Part shown: piece by piece, positions 1 through 9,215 of the stretch
Layout: every line of letters starts with the position of its first letter
Position numbering within the stretch: position 1 is the stretch's first letter
DNA from: an uncultured virus (IMG/VR IMGVR_UViG_3300034102_001587)
Lineage: Duplodnaviria > Heunggongvirae > Uroviricota > Caudoviricetes
Reading direction: 5' to 3' (one strand)
DNA: 64,000 nt
Virus record (IMG/VR): IMGVR_UViG_3300034102_001587
Span: 1-64,000 of that record
The notes under the pieces: model-generated
Told to the model about the DNA's origin: nothing
The model's input: the letters and a program-made list of their open reading frames with translations, nothing else
The model's database searches: none
Translations under genes and position numbers: made by a program

Positions 1-2412
1 GGTGTAACCAAATCAAACTCGGAAAAAATATATTTTTCTCACATTACATTTGAAGATGTAAATGGTAATAAGTTTTCTACCATATCAAATGAAAACGCAG
101 AATACAAAATCAATCTAAAATCCGGTGTATATCAAATCAAAGCATCTTATGTTGGATATACTACTTACACAAATCAAATAAACCTAACATCAGATACTAC
201 ATTTGATATTGTATTTGCGGATGATGCAAAACAATTATCAGAAGTTGTTGTTAGAGCGGCACCTCAAAAAGTAACCGAAGTAGCGGTAGTAAGAACAATC
301 CGAAATAGTAATGTGGTATCGGATGGAGTATCAATAGAATTCATTAAAAAAACACCCGATAGAAATGTGGGTGATGCACTTAAAAGAGTAAGTGGTGTAA
401 CAATTCAAAACGATAAGTTTGTATTAGTAAGAGGATTGGCAGATAGATACAATTCAGCCATTCTAAACAAAACACTTCTACCATCAACCGAACCTGATAG
501 GAGAGCATTTTCATTTGATATAATTCCAACCGCATTAATTGATAACATTATAGTTTCTAAATCAGCATCCGCAAATCAGCCGGGAGATTGGAGTGGTGGA
601 TTGGTTCAGATTACAACAAAAGAAGTATCCGATAATTTCTTCAATATCTCATTGGGAAGTGGTTGGGGTTCGGTTTCAACTTCGAAAGGTTTCAAGTTAG
701 TTCAAGCTACCGAATTCCCTTCCACATTCCCATCCACTTACAAATATCGTATTAGTGGCAATGGTGATAAGAGATTATTTACAAAGCAATTCGGCAATCC
801 AACGGAAGAATCCTTTACATCTACTCCAAACTTAAATGGAGGTCTTTCGTTTGGTTATACAAAAGGAAAATTTAATTCCTTATTTAGTTCAACTGTAAGA
901 AACACATTTACTCTAAATAATATTGAAAGAAAGGATTATCAATCATCAACTGAATTAGCATACGATTATAAAGATATTTTATATACAAAAAGATTTTCTA
1001 CAAATGGTTTATTAAACTTAACTTATTTAGGTGAAAATCGATATAGCTGGAAAACATTAGTAAACTATCAGGCAGATGATACATACCTAACCCGTAGTGG
1101 TGATAACTTTGATAATGTTCAAAATGTTTTAAGTAATTCATCTAACCACATTAATAATATTGTAATCAATTCTCAATTAGATGGTAAACTTAAAGATTGG
1201 GATTTCAATTTAGGGTATAATTTTATATTCAGAGAACAGCCCGATTATAGAGTAAATCCAATTACAAAATCATTAGGTGTAAACGAACCTTATGCTACTG
1301 CATGGAGAGATACATATCGTTTTTGGAGTGTAATGGATGAGAATAGTTTTAATGGTAACATCAACAAATCGTTTGGTAACATTAAAGTTGGTGGTGGTTA
1401 TCTAAAAAAGATTAGAGGATTTAATGCAAGAATATTCAGATACCTTTCAACTGATATGTTAGATGAAATAACAAACAATACCGATAGATATACTGCTGAT
1501 TTTGATTTAGGTTCTCTTTATTCAATGTATGAAAACGAATGGGGTAAGTGGAAACTAAATACAGGTTTGAGAGGTGAGTATAATCTATTCAATGTTAATA
1601 CAGCAGATTTTAGTGGACAGAAAGTAAATGTGAATAGAGAGTATTTAGACCTTTTACCATCATTAAACCTTTCTTACAATTTAGAAAAAACAAAGTATAG
1701 ATTTTCATTAAGTAAAACATTGGCAAGACCTGAATTTAGAGAAGTAGCTAATTTTGCTTATTATGATTTTGTAAGAAACGCACAAATATTGGGTAATTCT
1801 AAATTAGAAAAATCTGACATATATAATGTAGATTTGAAATGGGAACTATATCCAAAAGCAGGAGAGAATATTTCAGTATCCGTATTTGGTAAACAATTCA
1901 TTAGACCGATAGAACAAATAGTAGCAGATGGTTCAGTTCCATCTAACTTATTATTAACTTATACAAATCCTGATAATGCACTTCTTTATGGTGTTGAATT
2001 GGAGTTTCGTAAAAAGGTAATGAGTTGGTTAGATGTATATACCAATACTTCGGTAATGAATTCTGAAGTAAATGTAAATGGAATAAAAAGACAATTACAA
2101 GGGCAATCAAACTATGTAATAAATGGTGGTGTTAATATTCACAAAAATAAAAACACACTTAACATAACTTACAATAGAGTAGGTGATAGAATATCAGCAG
2201 TAGGATTTCAGGGTTACCCAGACATATTTGAAAACAGCAGAGATGTATTGGATATAACTCTTTTACATAAACTCAAAAATGGGGAAATAAAATTGGCAGT
2301 AGGTGATGTATTTGGCCAATCATCAATCTATTATCAAAAGTTACAAAACCGAAATCTAATAAAAATAAACAACGAACAAACAATTTCATTAACATTAAAT
2401 TTAACATTATGA
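1..2412 (+). CDS. TonB-dependent receptor, Bacteroidota type, with N-terminal carboxypeptidase-regulatory-like domain; 5' end lies outside the window
   Basis: The frame is open from base 1 (GVTKSNSE...IKASYVGY...QLSEVVV), so the 313 start is internal. Plug motifs DALKRVSGV, VRGLADRYN, FDIIP; barrel motifs GLRGEY, LPSLNLSY, ARPEFRE, GNSKL, N.DLKWE.YP. Confidence 0.9.
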   Translation, partial: GVTKSNSEKIYFSHITFEDVNGNKFSTISNENAEYKINLKSGVYQIKASYVGYTTYTNQINLTSDTTFDIVFADDAKQLSEVVVRAAPQKVTEVAVVRTIRNSNVVSDGVSIEFIKKTPDRNVGDALKRVSGVTIQNDKFVLVRGLADRYNSAILNKTLLPSTEPDRRAFSFDIIPTALIDNIIVSKSASANQPGDWSGGLVQITTKEVSDNFFNISLGSGWGSVSTSKGFKLVQATEFPSTFPSTYKYRISGNGDKRLFTKQFGNPTEESFTSTPNLNGGLSFGYTKGKFNSLFSSTVRNTFTLNNIERKDYQSSTELAYDYKDILYTKRFSTNGLLNLTYLGENRYSWKTLVNYQADDTYLTRSGDNFDNVQNVLSNSSNHINNIVINSQLDGKLKDWDFNLGYNFIFREQPDYRVNPITKSLGVNEPYATAWRDTYRFWSVMDENSFNGNINKSFGNIKVGGGYLKKIRGFNARIFRYLSTDMLDEITNNTDRYTADFDLGSLYSMYENEWGKWKLNTGLRGEYNLFNVNTADFSGQKVNVNREYLDLLPSLNLSYNLEKTKYRFSLSKTLARPEFREVANFAYYDFVRNAQILGNSKLEKSDIYNVDLKWELYPKAGENISVSVFGKQFIRPIEQIVADGSVPSNLLLTYTNPDNALLYGVELEFRKKVMSWLDVYTNTSVMNSEVNVNGIKRQLQGQSNYVINGGVNIHKNKNTLNITYNRVGDRISAVGFQGYPDIFENSRDVLDITLLHKLKNGEIKLAVGDVFGQSSIYYQKLQNRNLIKINNEQTISLTLNLTL

Positions 2413-3605
2413 GAAAACTATTAGGAATTATTTTAATTTTGGGACTATTCAGTTGCCAAAAAGAATTGGGTGGAGATGATGCACCTATTAACATTCCATC
2501 ATCAACAACATTAACCGGAACTATTAACACAACAACAACTTTGACAGCAGACAAAGTGTGGACATTGAAAGGATATGTTTATGTAACCGATGGTGCTAAA
2601 CTTATCATTCAACCTGGCACTACAATCATTTCTGATATAAGTGAGAAGGGTGCATTGTGTATCGAAAGAGGTGCACAAATAATTGCGGAAGGAACTGTAA
2701 CAAAACCAATTGTATTTACATCAGGCAGACCTGCAGGTGAAAGAACTCCTGGTGATTGGGGTGGTATTGTAATATTGGGTAGAGCAAAAACCAATAGAAC
2801 ATCAGAACCAACTATCGAAGGTGGTATTGGTAGACCTTATGGTGGAACAAACGATTTAGATAATAGTGGTGTTCTAAAATATGTAAGAATTGAATACGCT
2901 GGAATTGCTTCAATGCCAAACTCTGAAATCAACGCATTAACATTAGGTGGTGTTGGTAGTGGAACAATAATTGATAATGTTCAAACTATCTATGCTAACG
3001 ATGATGCATTTGAATTCTTTGGTGGAACTGTAAATGCTAGAAACTTATATGCATTTGCAACTGCTGATGATGATTTTGATTTTGATTTTGGATACACCGG
3101 AACTATTACAAATGGTGTAGCAAAGAGAGACCCACAATTCGTAGATAACGGAGATGCTGGAAATGGCATTGAATGTGATAATGATGGCACGGGTTCAACT
3201 GCAACTCCATATACACATCCAAAACTATTCAATATGATTTTAGTTGGTCCTAATGTATCAACTGCATTGGCAAACCATAACTTAGGTTTAAGATTTAGGA
3301 GAGGGACTCAATTCACAATGAAGAATAGTGTAATTTGGGGATGGATGAAAGGTGGATTGAGTTTAGAAAGTAATGAAACTGCACAATTCGTAAAAGATGG
3401 TGTTTCTGTATTTGAAAACAATTCAGTAGGAACATTTAACCCTACGCTAAACTTTATCAGTAGAGCAACCACAATCCTAACAAATGACCAACTTAAAACT
3501 TTGGCATTAAGTAAGAGTAATAAAGAAATAGATGTTGTAATACCTGAATTAGATAAACCAATATGGGTGAATGGGTGGGCTAGATTCCCATCTAAAGGTA
3601 ATTAA
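2409..3605 (+). CDS. Lipoprotein with beta-helix repeats, of the kind typically paired with a TonB-dependent receptor in Bacteroidota
   Basis: Signal peptide II with lipobox LFSC; motifs PIVFTS, GDWGGIVILG, NSGVLKYVRIEYAG, DDAFEFFGG, DDDFDFDFGY; ATGA overlap with the receptor. Confidence 0.8.
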   Translation: MRKLLGIILILGLFSCQKELGGDDAPINIPSSTTLTGTINTTTTLTADKVWTLKGYVYVTDGAKLIIQPGTTIISDISEKGALCIERGAQIIAEGTVTKPIVFTSGRPAGERTPGDWGGIVILGRAKTNRTSEPTIEGGIGRPYGGTNDLDNSGVLKYVRIEYAGIASMPNSEINALTLGGVGSGTIIDNVQTIYANDDAFEFFGGTVNARNLYAFATADDDFDFDFGYTGTITNGVAKRDPQFVDNGDAGNGIECDNDGTGSTATPYTHPKLFNMILVGPNVSTALANHNLGLRFRRGTQFTMKNSVIWGWMKGGLSLESNETAQFVKDGVSVFENNSVGTFNPTLNFISRATTILTNDQLKTLALSKSNKEIDVVIPELDKPIWVNGWARFPSKGN

Positions 3606-3609
3606 AAAG

Positions 3610-3636
3610 AAAGGGAGTATTAAACTCCCTTTTTTT
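3610..3636 (+). terminator. Rho-independent terminator
   Basis: AAAGGGAGT-ATTAA-ACTCCCTTT followed by a T-tract directly after the lipoprotein stop. Confidence 0.85.
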
Positions 3637-3645
3637 ATATTTATA
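3637..3645 (+). promoter_or_regulatory. Putative phage late promoter motif ATATTTATA
   Basis: Recurrent intergenic motif, 20 nt before the ATG at 3666. Confidence 0.65.
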
Positions 3646-3665
3646 GGTAACTAAATAATATACCT

Positions 3666-4505
3666 ATGAAAAACCTATTATTTTTATTGGCATTTGTGCC
3701 AACACTAGCTTTTTCACAAGTTAGTAATTGGAGAAGTAATCCTCCACAACCACAAAGAAGCACATCATCGGTACAACCATCAACTCCACAAAGAAACGAT
3801 GTAAGTAGTTGGAGAAATGAATCACCGAGAGAATTTAATAGACCACATCAAACGAAACCAGGCTCTAACATAATCATTAACAATAACCCTTGGTTATGGA
3901 ATGATTGGGGTTGGGGATGGGGTTTCAATAGATGGAATATGTGGGGAGCACCTGCATTTGGTTGGAACTTCTACACACCTTCATTTTATTGGAATGATTG
4001 GGGCTACCGCCAACCACAAAGAATTTACGTTTACGAAGATGGTAAGAGAGATACAATAAGAGGTAAGAAACCAATTATCAGTTTTGGTTTACACAAAACA
4101 ACTGATAGACAAATTGGTGGATTCTTCACAATTGGTAATAGAGGATATTTTGTAATGGATTTTAGTTCCACTTATGAAATAGACCGTTCAACTTTCTTTC
4201 CTTATGGAACACTAGATAGAGTTGATTTTCCACTTATAAATGATTTAGTTAAAAAAAGAAGTATGTATTTAGGAGCCGGTAAACGATTTAAGAGAACTGG
4301 TGTACATGCTATGATAGGTTTTGGAAATGAAAGAATATTATTCAGAGGTAAGGATATAGTAGGTGAAATTACTTTTCCTAAATCCAATTCTAAGTTTACA
4401 TCAATTAAACTTGGTGCTATCAGAGATTTCAAAAACTTTACTTTGAAATTTGATTCTGACCCAATTAGAGGTTATTCTCAATTCGGACTCGGATTAAATT
4501 TCTAA
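3666..4505 (+). CDS. Secreted protein with Pro- and Trp/Gly-rich N-terminal region and probable C-terminal outer-membrane beta-barrel
   Basis: Sec signal peptide (AFS|Q); alternating beta-strands; C-terminal FGLGLNF resembles a Bam signal. Confidence 0.6.
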   Translation: MKNLLFLLAFVPTLAFSQVSNWRSNPPQPQRSTSSVQPSTPQRNDVSSWRNESPREFNRPHQTKPGSNIIINNNPWLWNDWGWGWGFNRWNMWGAPAFGWNFYTPSFYWNDWGYRQPQRIYVYEDGKRDTIRGKKPIISFGLHKTTDRQIGGFFTIGNRGYFVMDFSSTYEIDRSTFFPYGTLDRVDFPLINDLVKKRSMYLGAGKRFKRTGVHAMIGFGNERILFRGKDIVGEITFPKSNSKFTSIKLGAIRDFKNFTLKFDSDPIRGYSQFGLGLNF

Positions 4506-4514
4506 TAAATCGTT

Positions 4515-5873
4515 TTGAAAAAATTATTATCACTATTGACCATATTGGTATTTGTTTGTGTAAGCTGGAAAGCTGAAGGACAAACCTATACGCAAACCTA
4601 TAAAGATAAATGTACTGGTGAAATTAAAATAGCAACCACTACAATCACAAACGGATTTGCAACAGTATCTTTCTATAATCAAATAAGAGTATTCTCACCA
4701 CAGGAAGTAATGGCAGGTGCGGTTCAAGTTTGGATAACCGCAACTTATACAGCATATTCAACAATGGGATGTCCTACAAATCAAGTAGTTCAGCAAACAA
4801 TAACTCAAGCAGCTGCTCAAGCAGCATCACAAGCAGCATCACAAGCAGCATCACAGGCTGCAAGTAGTGCTGCAAGTTCGGCAGCTAGTTCATCGGCTTC
4901 TACCGCTGCAAGTAGTAGTGCAAGCGCAGCAGCTGCATCAACACCATCAACAACGGCACCACCTTCATCTGGTAGTAGTTCTTCATCGTCTTCATCGGGA
5001 AGTAGTTCATCTTCATCATCAAGTTCATCATCCGAAACCAAAACTGAAACTAAAACAGAGACTAAATCTGAAACAAAATCAGAGAGCAAATCAGAAAGCA
5101 AGTCAGAATCAAAAGAGGAATCCAAATCTGAAAGCAAATCGGAAGAAAAGAAAGAAGAATCCAAGTCAGAGGAGAAGAAGGAAGAAAAGAAAAAAGAAGA
5201 AAAAAAGAAATCCGTAGCAAACCCAATGATGTTAGCATCTGATTTGGCTGGTACGGAAGATATGGAAGGTAGATATGCTGTAATGATGAGTGTGGGAGTT
5301 TCTAAATCATCTCTTATGGGTGATAAATCATATTCAGCTACCGCACTTATTTGGAGTACCCTAAACCAATTCGCATTGAGTGCTGGGGTTACTAAGATGG
5401 ATTTTGATGAAGGTAAATTAAATGCGATACATTCATACGGAACTACATTTGCGTACCTTAAAGGAACTCTAATGAACCTTAATGGATATACCTACATCAA
5501 ACCACATCCTAAGTACGGAACATTTGGTTATAATGTGGGTGTAATTACCCTAATGATGCCTAGAATGGGTGAGGGTGGTTATGATGTATCCCTAAGTGCA
5601 TCTGCAGTTGGATTTTGGATGAAACCATTTCAATATAGTAGAAAGGTTACACTAACCCCTCAATTATTCCTAATGCAATCACCGATAGCATGGAATACAT
5701 TGACAGGAAATAGTTCAGTAACACGAAAACCTGGTGCTATAATTGGGTTAGGATATGATTATAAACTTAGTAAACGATTTGCTCTATCAACTTCGTATAG
5801 AGGAGCTATGACCTTTGAACCTAAATTTAATTTGATGAACAACTTCCAAATTGGTTCAAAGATGGTATTTTAA
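4515..5873 (+). CDS. Secreted protein with Ala/Ser/Glu/Lys low-complexity stalk and C-terminal outer-membrane beta-barrel
   Basis: TTG start and signal peptide; QAAS, SSS and ESKS/EEKK repeats; amphipathic strands (LGYDYKLSKRF); terminal Phe. Confidence 0.6.
   Translation: MKKLLSLLTILVFVCVSWKAEGQTYTQTYKDKCTGEIKIATTTITNGFATVSFYNQIRVFSPQEVMAGAVQVWITATYTAYSTMGCPTNQVVQQTITQAAAQAASQAASQAASQAASSAASSAASSSASTAASSSASAAAASTPSTTAPPSSGSSSSSSSSGSSSSSSSSSSSETKTETKTETKSETKSESKSESKSESKEESKSESKSEEKKEESKSEEKKEEKKKEEKKKSVANPMMLASDLAGTEDMEGRYAVMMSVGVSKSSLMGDKSYSATALIWSTLNQFALSAGVTKMDFDEGKLNAIHSYGTTFAYLKGTLMNLNGYTYIKPHPKYGTFGYNVGVITLMMPRMGEGGYDVSLSASAVGFWMKPFQYSRKVTLTPQLFLMQSPIAWNTLTGNSSVTRKPGAIIGLGYDYKLSKRFALSTSYRGAMTFEPKFNLMNNFQIGSKMVF
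4818..4853 (+). repeat. Coding tandem repeat CAAGCAGCATCA x3 (QAAS)
   Basis: Three exact 12-nt copies inside the low-complexity stalk. Confidence 0.9.
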
Positions 5874-5882
5874 AACAAATTA

Positions 5883-5891
5883 ATATTTATA
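5883..5891 (+). promoter_or_regulatory. Putative late promoter motif ATATTTATA
   Basis: 18 nt before the ATG at 5910. Confidence 0.65.
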
Positions 5892-5909
5892 CACATAAAA
5901 ACACGTCTT

Positions 5910-6566
5910 ATGAAAAAATTTGTTAATTTTAAAAACATTGCTATTGCAGCATTAATCATCTACATACTTTTACAATGGTTTAATCCAGGTGGAGTAATGC
6001 CAGGTGGAAGAACTATCAGAATTGATGGTAAAAAATATGAGGTTATTAAACATACAATTGATACTGTAGAAGTTGAAAAGATTAAAACAGTAACTAAAAA
6101 AGGTAAAGATATTGTACATGAAGTAATTGATGTAGATACCTTAGTTCTTAAAGAATTGGTAAATGTAGATAGTGCAGCTATTCTTAAAGATTACTTAGCT
6201 AAAATTATCTATAAAGATACATTAGTATTAGATGGTGGATTAGGAACTATTGCTCTTACCGATACTATCACAAAGAATAGAATTTTGGGTAGAACTTGGG
6301 ATGCTAAAGTAAAAGAAAGAACAATTAAAGAAGAACTTATTGTTAAAGAACCTGCAAAAGCACAACTTTATTATGGTTTGAATGCTGGGTTTAACAAAGA
6401 AGATTATGTATCTGCAGTTGGAGCTGGTCTAATATTAAAAACTAAAAAAGATAAAATTTATCAATTTGGTTTGGGTGTAAATAATAGAACTACCGATGGA
6501 ACTAATGGTTCATTCTCACCTTATGTTGGTTTTGGTACATATTGGAAAATTAAATTAAAGAAATAA
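5910..6566 (+). CDS. N-terminally membrane-anchored protein with C-terminal beta-strands (possible spanin-like envelope protein)
   Basis: N-terminal TM (IAIAALIIYILLQWF), DT-rich middle region, about 4 amphipathic C-terminal strands ending YVGFGTYWKI. Confidence 0.5.
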   Translation: MKKFVNFKNIAIAALIIYILLQWFNPGGVMPGGRTIRIDGKKYEVIKHTIDTVEVEKIKTVTKKGKDIVHEVIDVDTLVLKELVNVDSAAILKDYLAKIIYKDTLVLDGGLGTIALTDTITKNRILGRTWDAKVKERTIKEELIVKEPAKAQLYYGLNAGFNKEDYVSAVGAGLILKTKKDKIYQFGLGVNNRTTDGTNGSFSPYVGFGTYWKIKLKK

Positions 6567-6567
6567 A

Positions 6568-6840
6568 ATGATAAAGCTTACTCAACTAAACGAAGCATCG
6601 GAAGTAAAATTCAAAGAATTAAAGCCTATTCAACAAAAACAGGTTGTAGCATTTCAAAAAGTAATTGGTGCAGACCATTCTCAAATTTTTGCTGGTATTC
6701 ACGGAATGGTGGTAGATATTCCAGCAAGAGGTAATTTTGGAACTGGTTATCGTTTTGGCGCCGATACTCTTAAAAAATTATTAGCATTAAAGATTCGTTG
6801 GGTTGAAGCAGATGGTGATGTAATTTCAATAGGATTTTAA
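6568..6840 (+). CDS. Small hypothetical protein with MIKLxxLxE leader (putative internal head protein)
   Basis: N-terminus MIKLTQLNE. Confidence 0.6.
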   Translation: MIKLTQLNEASEVKFKELKPIQQKQVVAFQKVIGADHSQIFAGIHGMVVDIPARGNFGTGYRFGADTLKKLLALKIRWVEADGDVISIGF

Positions 6841-6841
6841 T

Positions 6842-7189
6842 ATGATAAAGTTAAAAGATTTAATAACAGAAGCAAAATCAGATTATCAAGTATATCATAA
6901 AACATACTCAGCAGCAATAGCTACGGCTAAAGAATATGCGGAGAAAAAAGGATATGAAGTTGATGATGAAGATTCTTTTAGAAAAATAGGAATGGGCCCT
7001 AGAAAACCATCCGCTGGTAAGACAAATAGATTTTCAATTGAATTAACTAAAGGTGGAAAGCCACAAAAGAAAATGTTACATATTCAAGTCTATAATATGG
7101 GTACTTTCAAAAGAGATTCTGATGGTTCTTTAGTTAGAAGTATGTATGGTGGTCAAAATGAATACGAATTGAATTGCTATATTAACTAA
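6842..7189 (+). CDS. Small hypothetical protein with MIKL leader (putative internal head protein)
   Basis: N-terminus MIKLKDLITE. Confidence 0.6.
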   Translation: MIKLKDLITEAKSDYQVYHKTYSAAIATAKEYAEKKGYEVDDEDSFRKIGMGPRKPSAGKTNRFSIELTKGGKPQKKMLHIQVYNMGTFKRDSDGSLVRSMYGGQNEYELNCYIN

Positions 7190-7191
7190 TA

Positions 7192-7959
7192 ATGATTAGA
7201 CTTACTAACATATTATTAGAACATCGTCATCAGACTCCAAATGAAAGAATCTCTAAGTATAAAGAGAGAATTAAACATTTACAAGATAAAATATCTAAAG
7301 CAAAAGATAAAAGTTCTGAAACAGTAAAATTACAAAAAAATCAAATAAAAGTTATTCAACAAACAATGAATAACTTTAAACAATCACAAACAATAAAGAA
7401 GCATAAATCGGAAAGTAAATTATCTGAAATATTAAAAGAGGGTATATTACAAGATGCTTTAATATTCATTTTAGTTAATGGTGCTATTTGGGCAATTAAG
7501 CAAGCCATCCTTTCATTTAGAGGAAAATCGGTTAAAGAAAAAGAAATTGGTAAAGCATATATTAAGTGGTTGGATAGATTGGATAAAAATGATAAATTTA
7601 ATAAGTTTGTTTACTATACTTTAAAAAATGATAGTAAACTTAAATCATTACAATCAAAAGAAAAAAATGGTAAATTTGATTTTGAAAAGTTTACTTATGA
7701 AAAATCATTAGTTAGAAAATGGTTGACAAGCAAACCGGCAGAAAATGAATTGGAAAAAGTATTTAAAGAATTATATCCTGATAAGGATAAAAGTTCTAGA
7801 AATATACCAACCGATACTATGTTAAATGTAACATATTTTCAATGGAAATTACTAACACTAAATAAAGCAGTTGATGAATTTACTAGTGTTTTACAAAGTG
7901 GACAAGTAAAAGGTTTTATAAATCAATACGCAGAAAAGCAAGGATTGGAAAAGATATGA
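7192..7959 (+). CDS. Basic hypothetical protein with MIRL leader and one hydrophobic segment
   Basis: N-terminus MIRLTNILLE; second KLSEILKE motif; hydrophobic ALIFILVNGAIWAI. Confidence 0.55.
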   Translation: MIRLTNILLEHRHQTPNERISKYKERIKHLQDKISKAKDKSSETVKLQKNQIKVIQQTMNNFKQSQTIKKHKSESKLSEILKEGILQDALIFILVNGAIWAIKQAILSFRGKSVKEKEIGKAYIKWLDRLDKNDKFNKFVYYTLKNDSKLKSLQSKEKNGKFDFEKFTYEKSLVRKWLTSKPAENELEKVFKELYPDKDKSSRNIPTDTMLNVTYFQWKLLTLNKAVDEFTSVLQSGQVKGFINQYAEKQGLEKI

Positions 7960-8768
7960 TAAACGAATGTATCATTGTATCCAAAGAAGTTGGTGATAAA
8001 TTTATATTAGCTAAAAATAGAGATAGAGCTTACAACCCATCTTTAGAAATTGTTCACACTATTATTGATGGTGTGGAAGTTGCATATCTGCATGATTTAA
8101 TCACAGATTGGAGTGAAGGACTAAATGAAAACGGAATTGGTGTTGTAAACTCAGCACTATTAGTTGGGCACGATGAAGCCGAACATAAGATTGTAAAGAA
8201 GGGTGGGAAGCCAGGTCCTGATGGTGATAAAATGAGAAACATCATTAAACAACCAACACTTAAACAGGCATTAAAAGCATCTATAACATATAAAGGTAAA
8301 AGTGGATTGGCTCTAAAAGGACATACATTTCTATCTTCTCCAAAACATATGATTAGTGTTGAGACCACATCAAAACATAAACCTGATATTAAACTACAAA
8401 ATTCAGAATCAGCAGTGGTTCGTACAAATCACGGACATTTGTTCACCGATGCTGGATATACGAATGGAGAAAAGTATTTAAGTTCTAAAATGAGAAAAAT
8501 ATCAGCTGAAAAATCGGTTGATAAAGTAGATGATTGGAAAGAAATAGCACAAGCTATGAGAAAGGAATACTTTCCAAAAAAACCTATGTTAAATATGAAA
8601 AGGGACACCAAAGAGATGTCTACATCATCACAAACGGTAATGAATCTAACAGACCGTATATTACAAATTACATATTTTAAAGATAAAGTAAAAGAATTTA
8701 AAGGTATAAACAATCAACTACCTAAAGATTACCAACCTAAGATAAAAATACAGGTAATCGAATTATAA
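7956..8768 (+). CDS. N-terminal nucleophile (Ntn) cysteine hydrolase, C45/C59-like
   Basis: C-I-I-V then LAKNRDR; EGLNENGIGVVNS; RTNH. Catalytic Cys predicted at residue 5. Confidence 0.75.
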   Translation: MINECIIVSKEVGDKFILAKNRDRAYNPSLEIVHTIIDGVEVAYLHDLITDWSEGLNENGIGVVNSALLVGHDEAEHKIVKKGGKPGPDGDKMRNIIKQPTLKQALKASITYKGKSGLALKGHTFLSSPKHMISVETTSKHKPDIKLQNSESAVVRTNHGHLFTDAGYTNGEKYLSSKMRKISAEKSVDKVDDWKEIAQAMRKEYFPKKPMLNMKRDTKEMSTSSQTVMNLTDRILQITYFKDKVKEFKGINNQLPKDYQPKIKIQVIEL

Positions 8769-8788
8769 CCCCACTTTTTTCATTATAC

Positions 8789-8797
8789 ATATTTATA
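8789..8797 (+). promoter_or_regulatory. Putative late promoter motif ATATTTATA
   Basis: 24 nt before the ATG at 8822; heads the baseplate operon. Confidence 0.65.
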
Positions 8798-8821
8798 GAC
8801 ATACCTAAAATAGAAAAACGT

Positions 8822-9214
8822 ATGTCAACAGATTTCGAGTTATTTAAAGGAAAAAACCTAAGTTCTCTATTTGAGGACATTTATAACAACCAAACTTCAA
8901 AGAAACAAAGGATAAGTTCTTTAATAGAAGAACTTAAAAAAATGATTAAGCACGCTGGAGATGTGGCAAGTATAGGACCTATCCTATCTTCACTAATTGA
9001 TAGTTCTGTAAAGAACGATGACCAATTGGTTAAACTTGCAACAATTGCAACTAAAATTATAGCATCTGAAAAGAAAACCGAAGGACAAGATGGATTCCTA
9101 ACTGAATTTGAAAAAAATCAACTACTCAAAGAATTAGAAGAAACTAAGCAAGAGGTTGAGAGAGTAGATGATTTGGAGTTTGAGTTGGAAGAATTAAAAA
9201 AATCAATAAAATAA
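8822..9214 (+). CDS. Hypothetical helical phage protein
   Basis: 130-aa ORF after the motif; coiled-coil character. Confidence 0.6.
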   Translation: MSTDFELFKGKNLSSLFEDIYNNQTSKKQRISSLIEELKKMIKHAGDVASIGPILSSLIDSSVKNDDQLVKLATIATKIIASEKKTEGQDGFLTEFEKNQLLKELEETKQEVERVDDLEFELEELKKSIK

Positions 9215-9215
9215 G

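Noticed and set aside
4800..5220. Repeat-rich stretch as a CRISPR array or DGR
   Set aside because: The repeats are in-frame low-complexity coding sequence with no spacers; no cas or reverse transcriptase genes are present.
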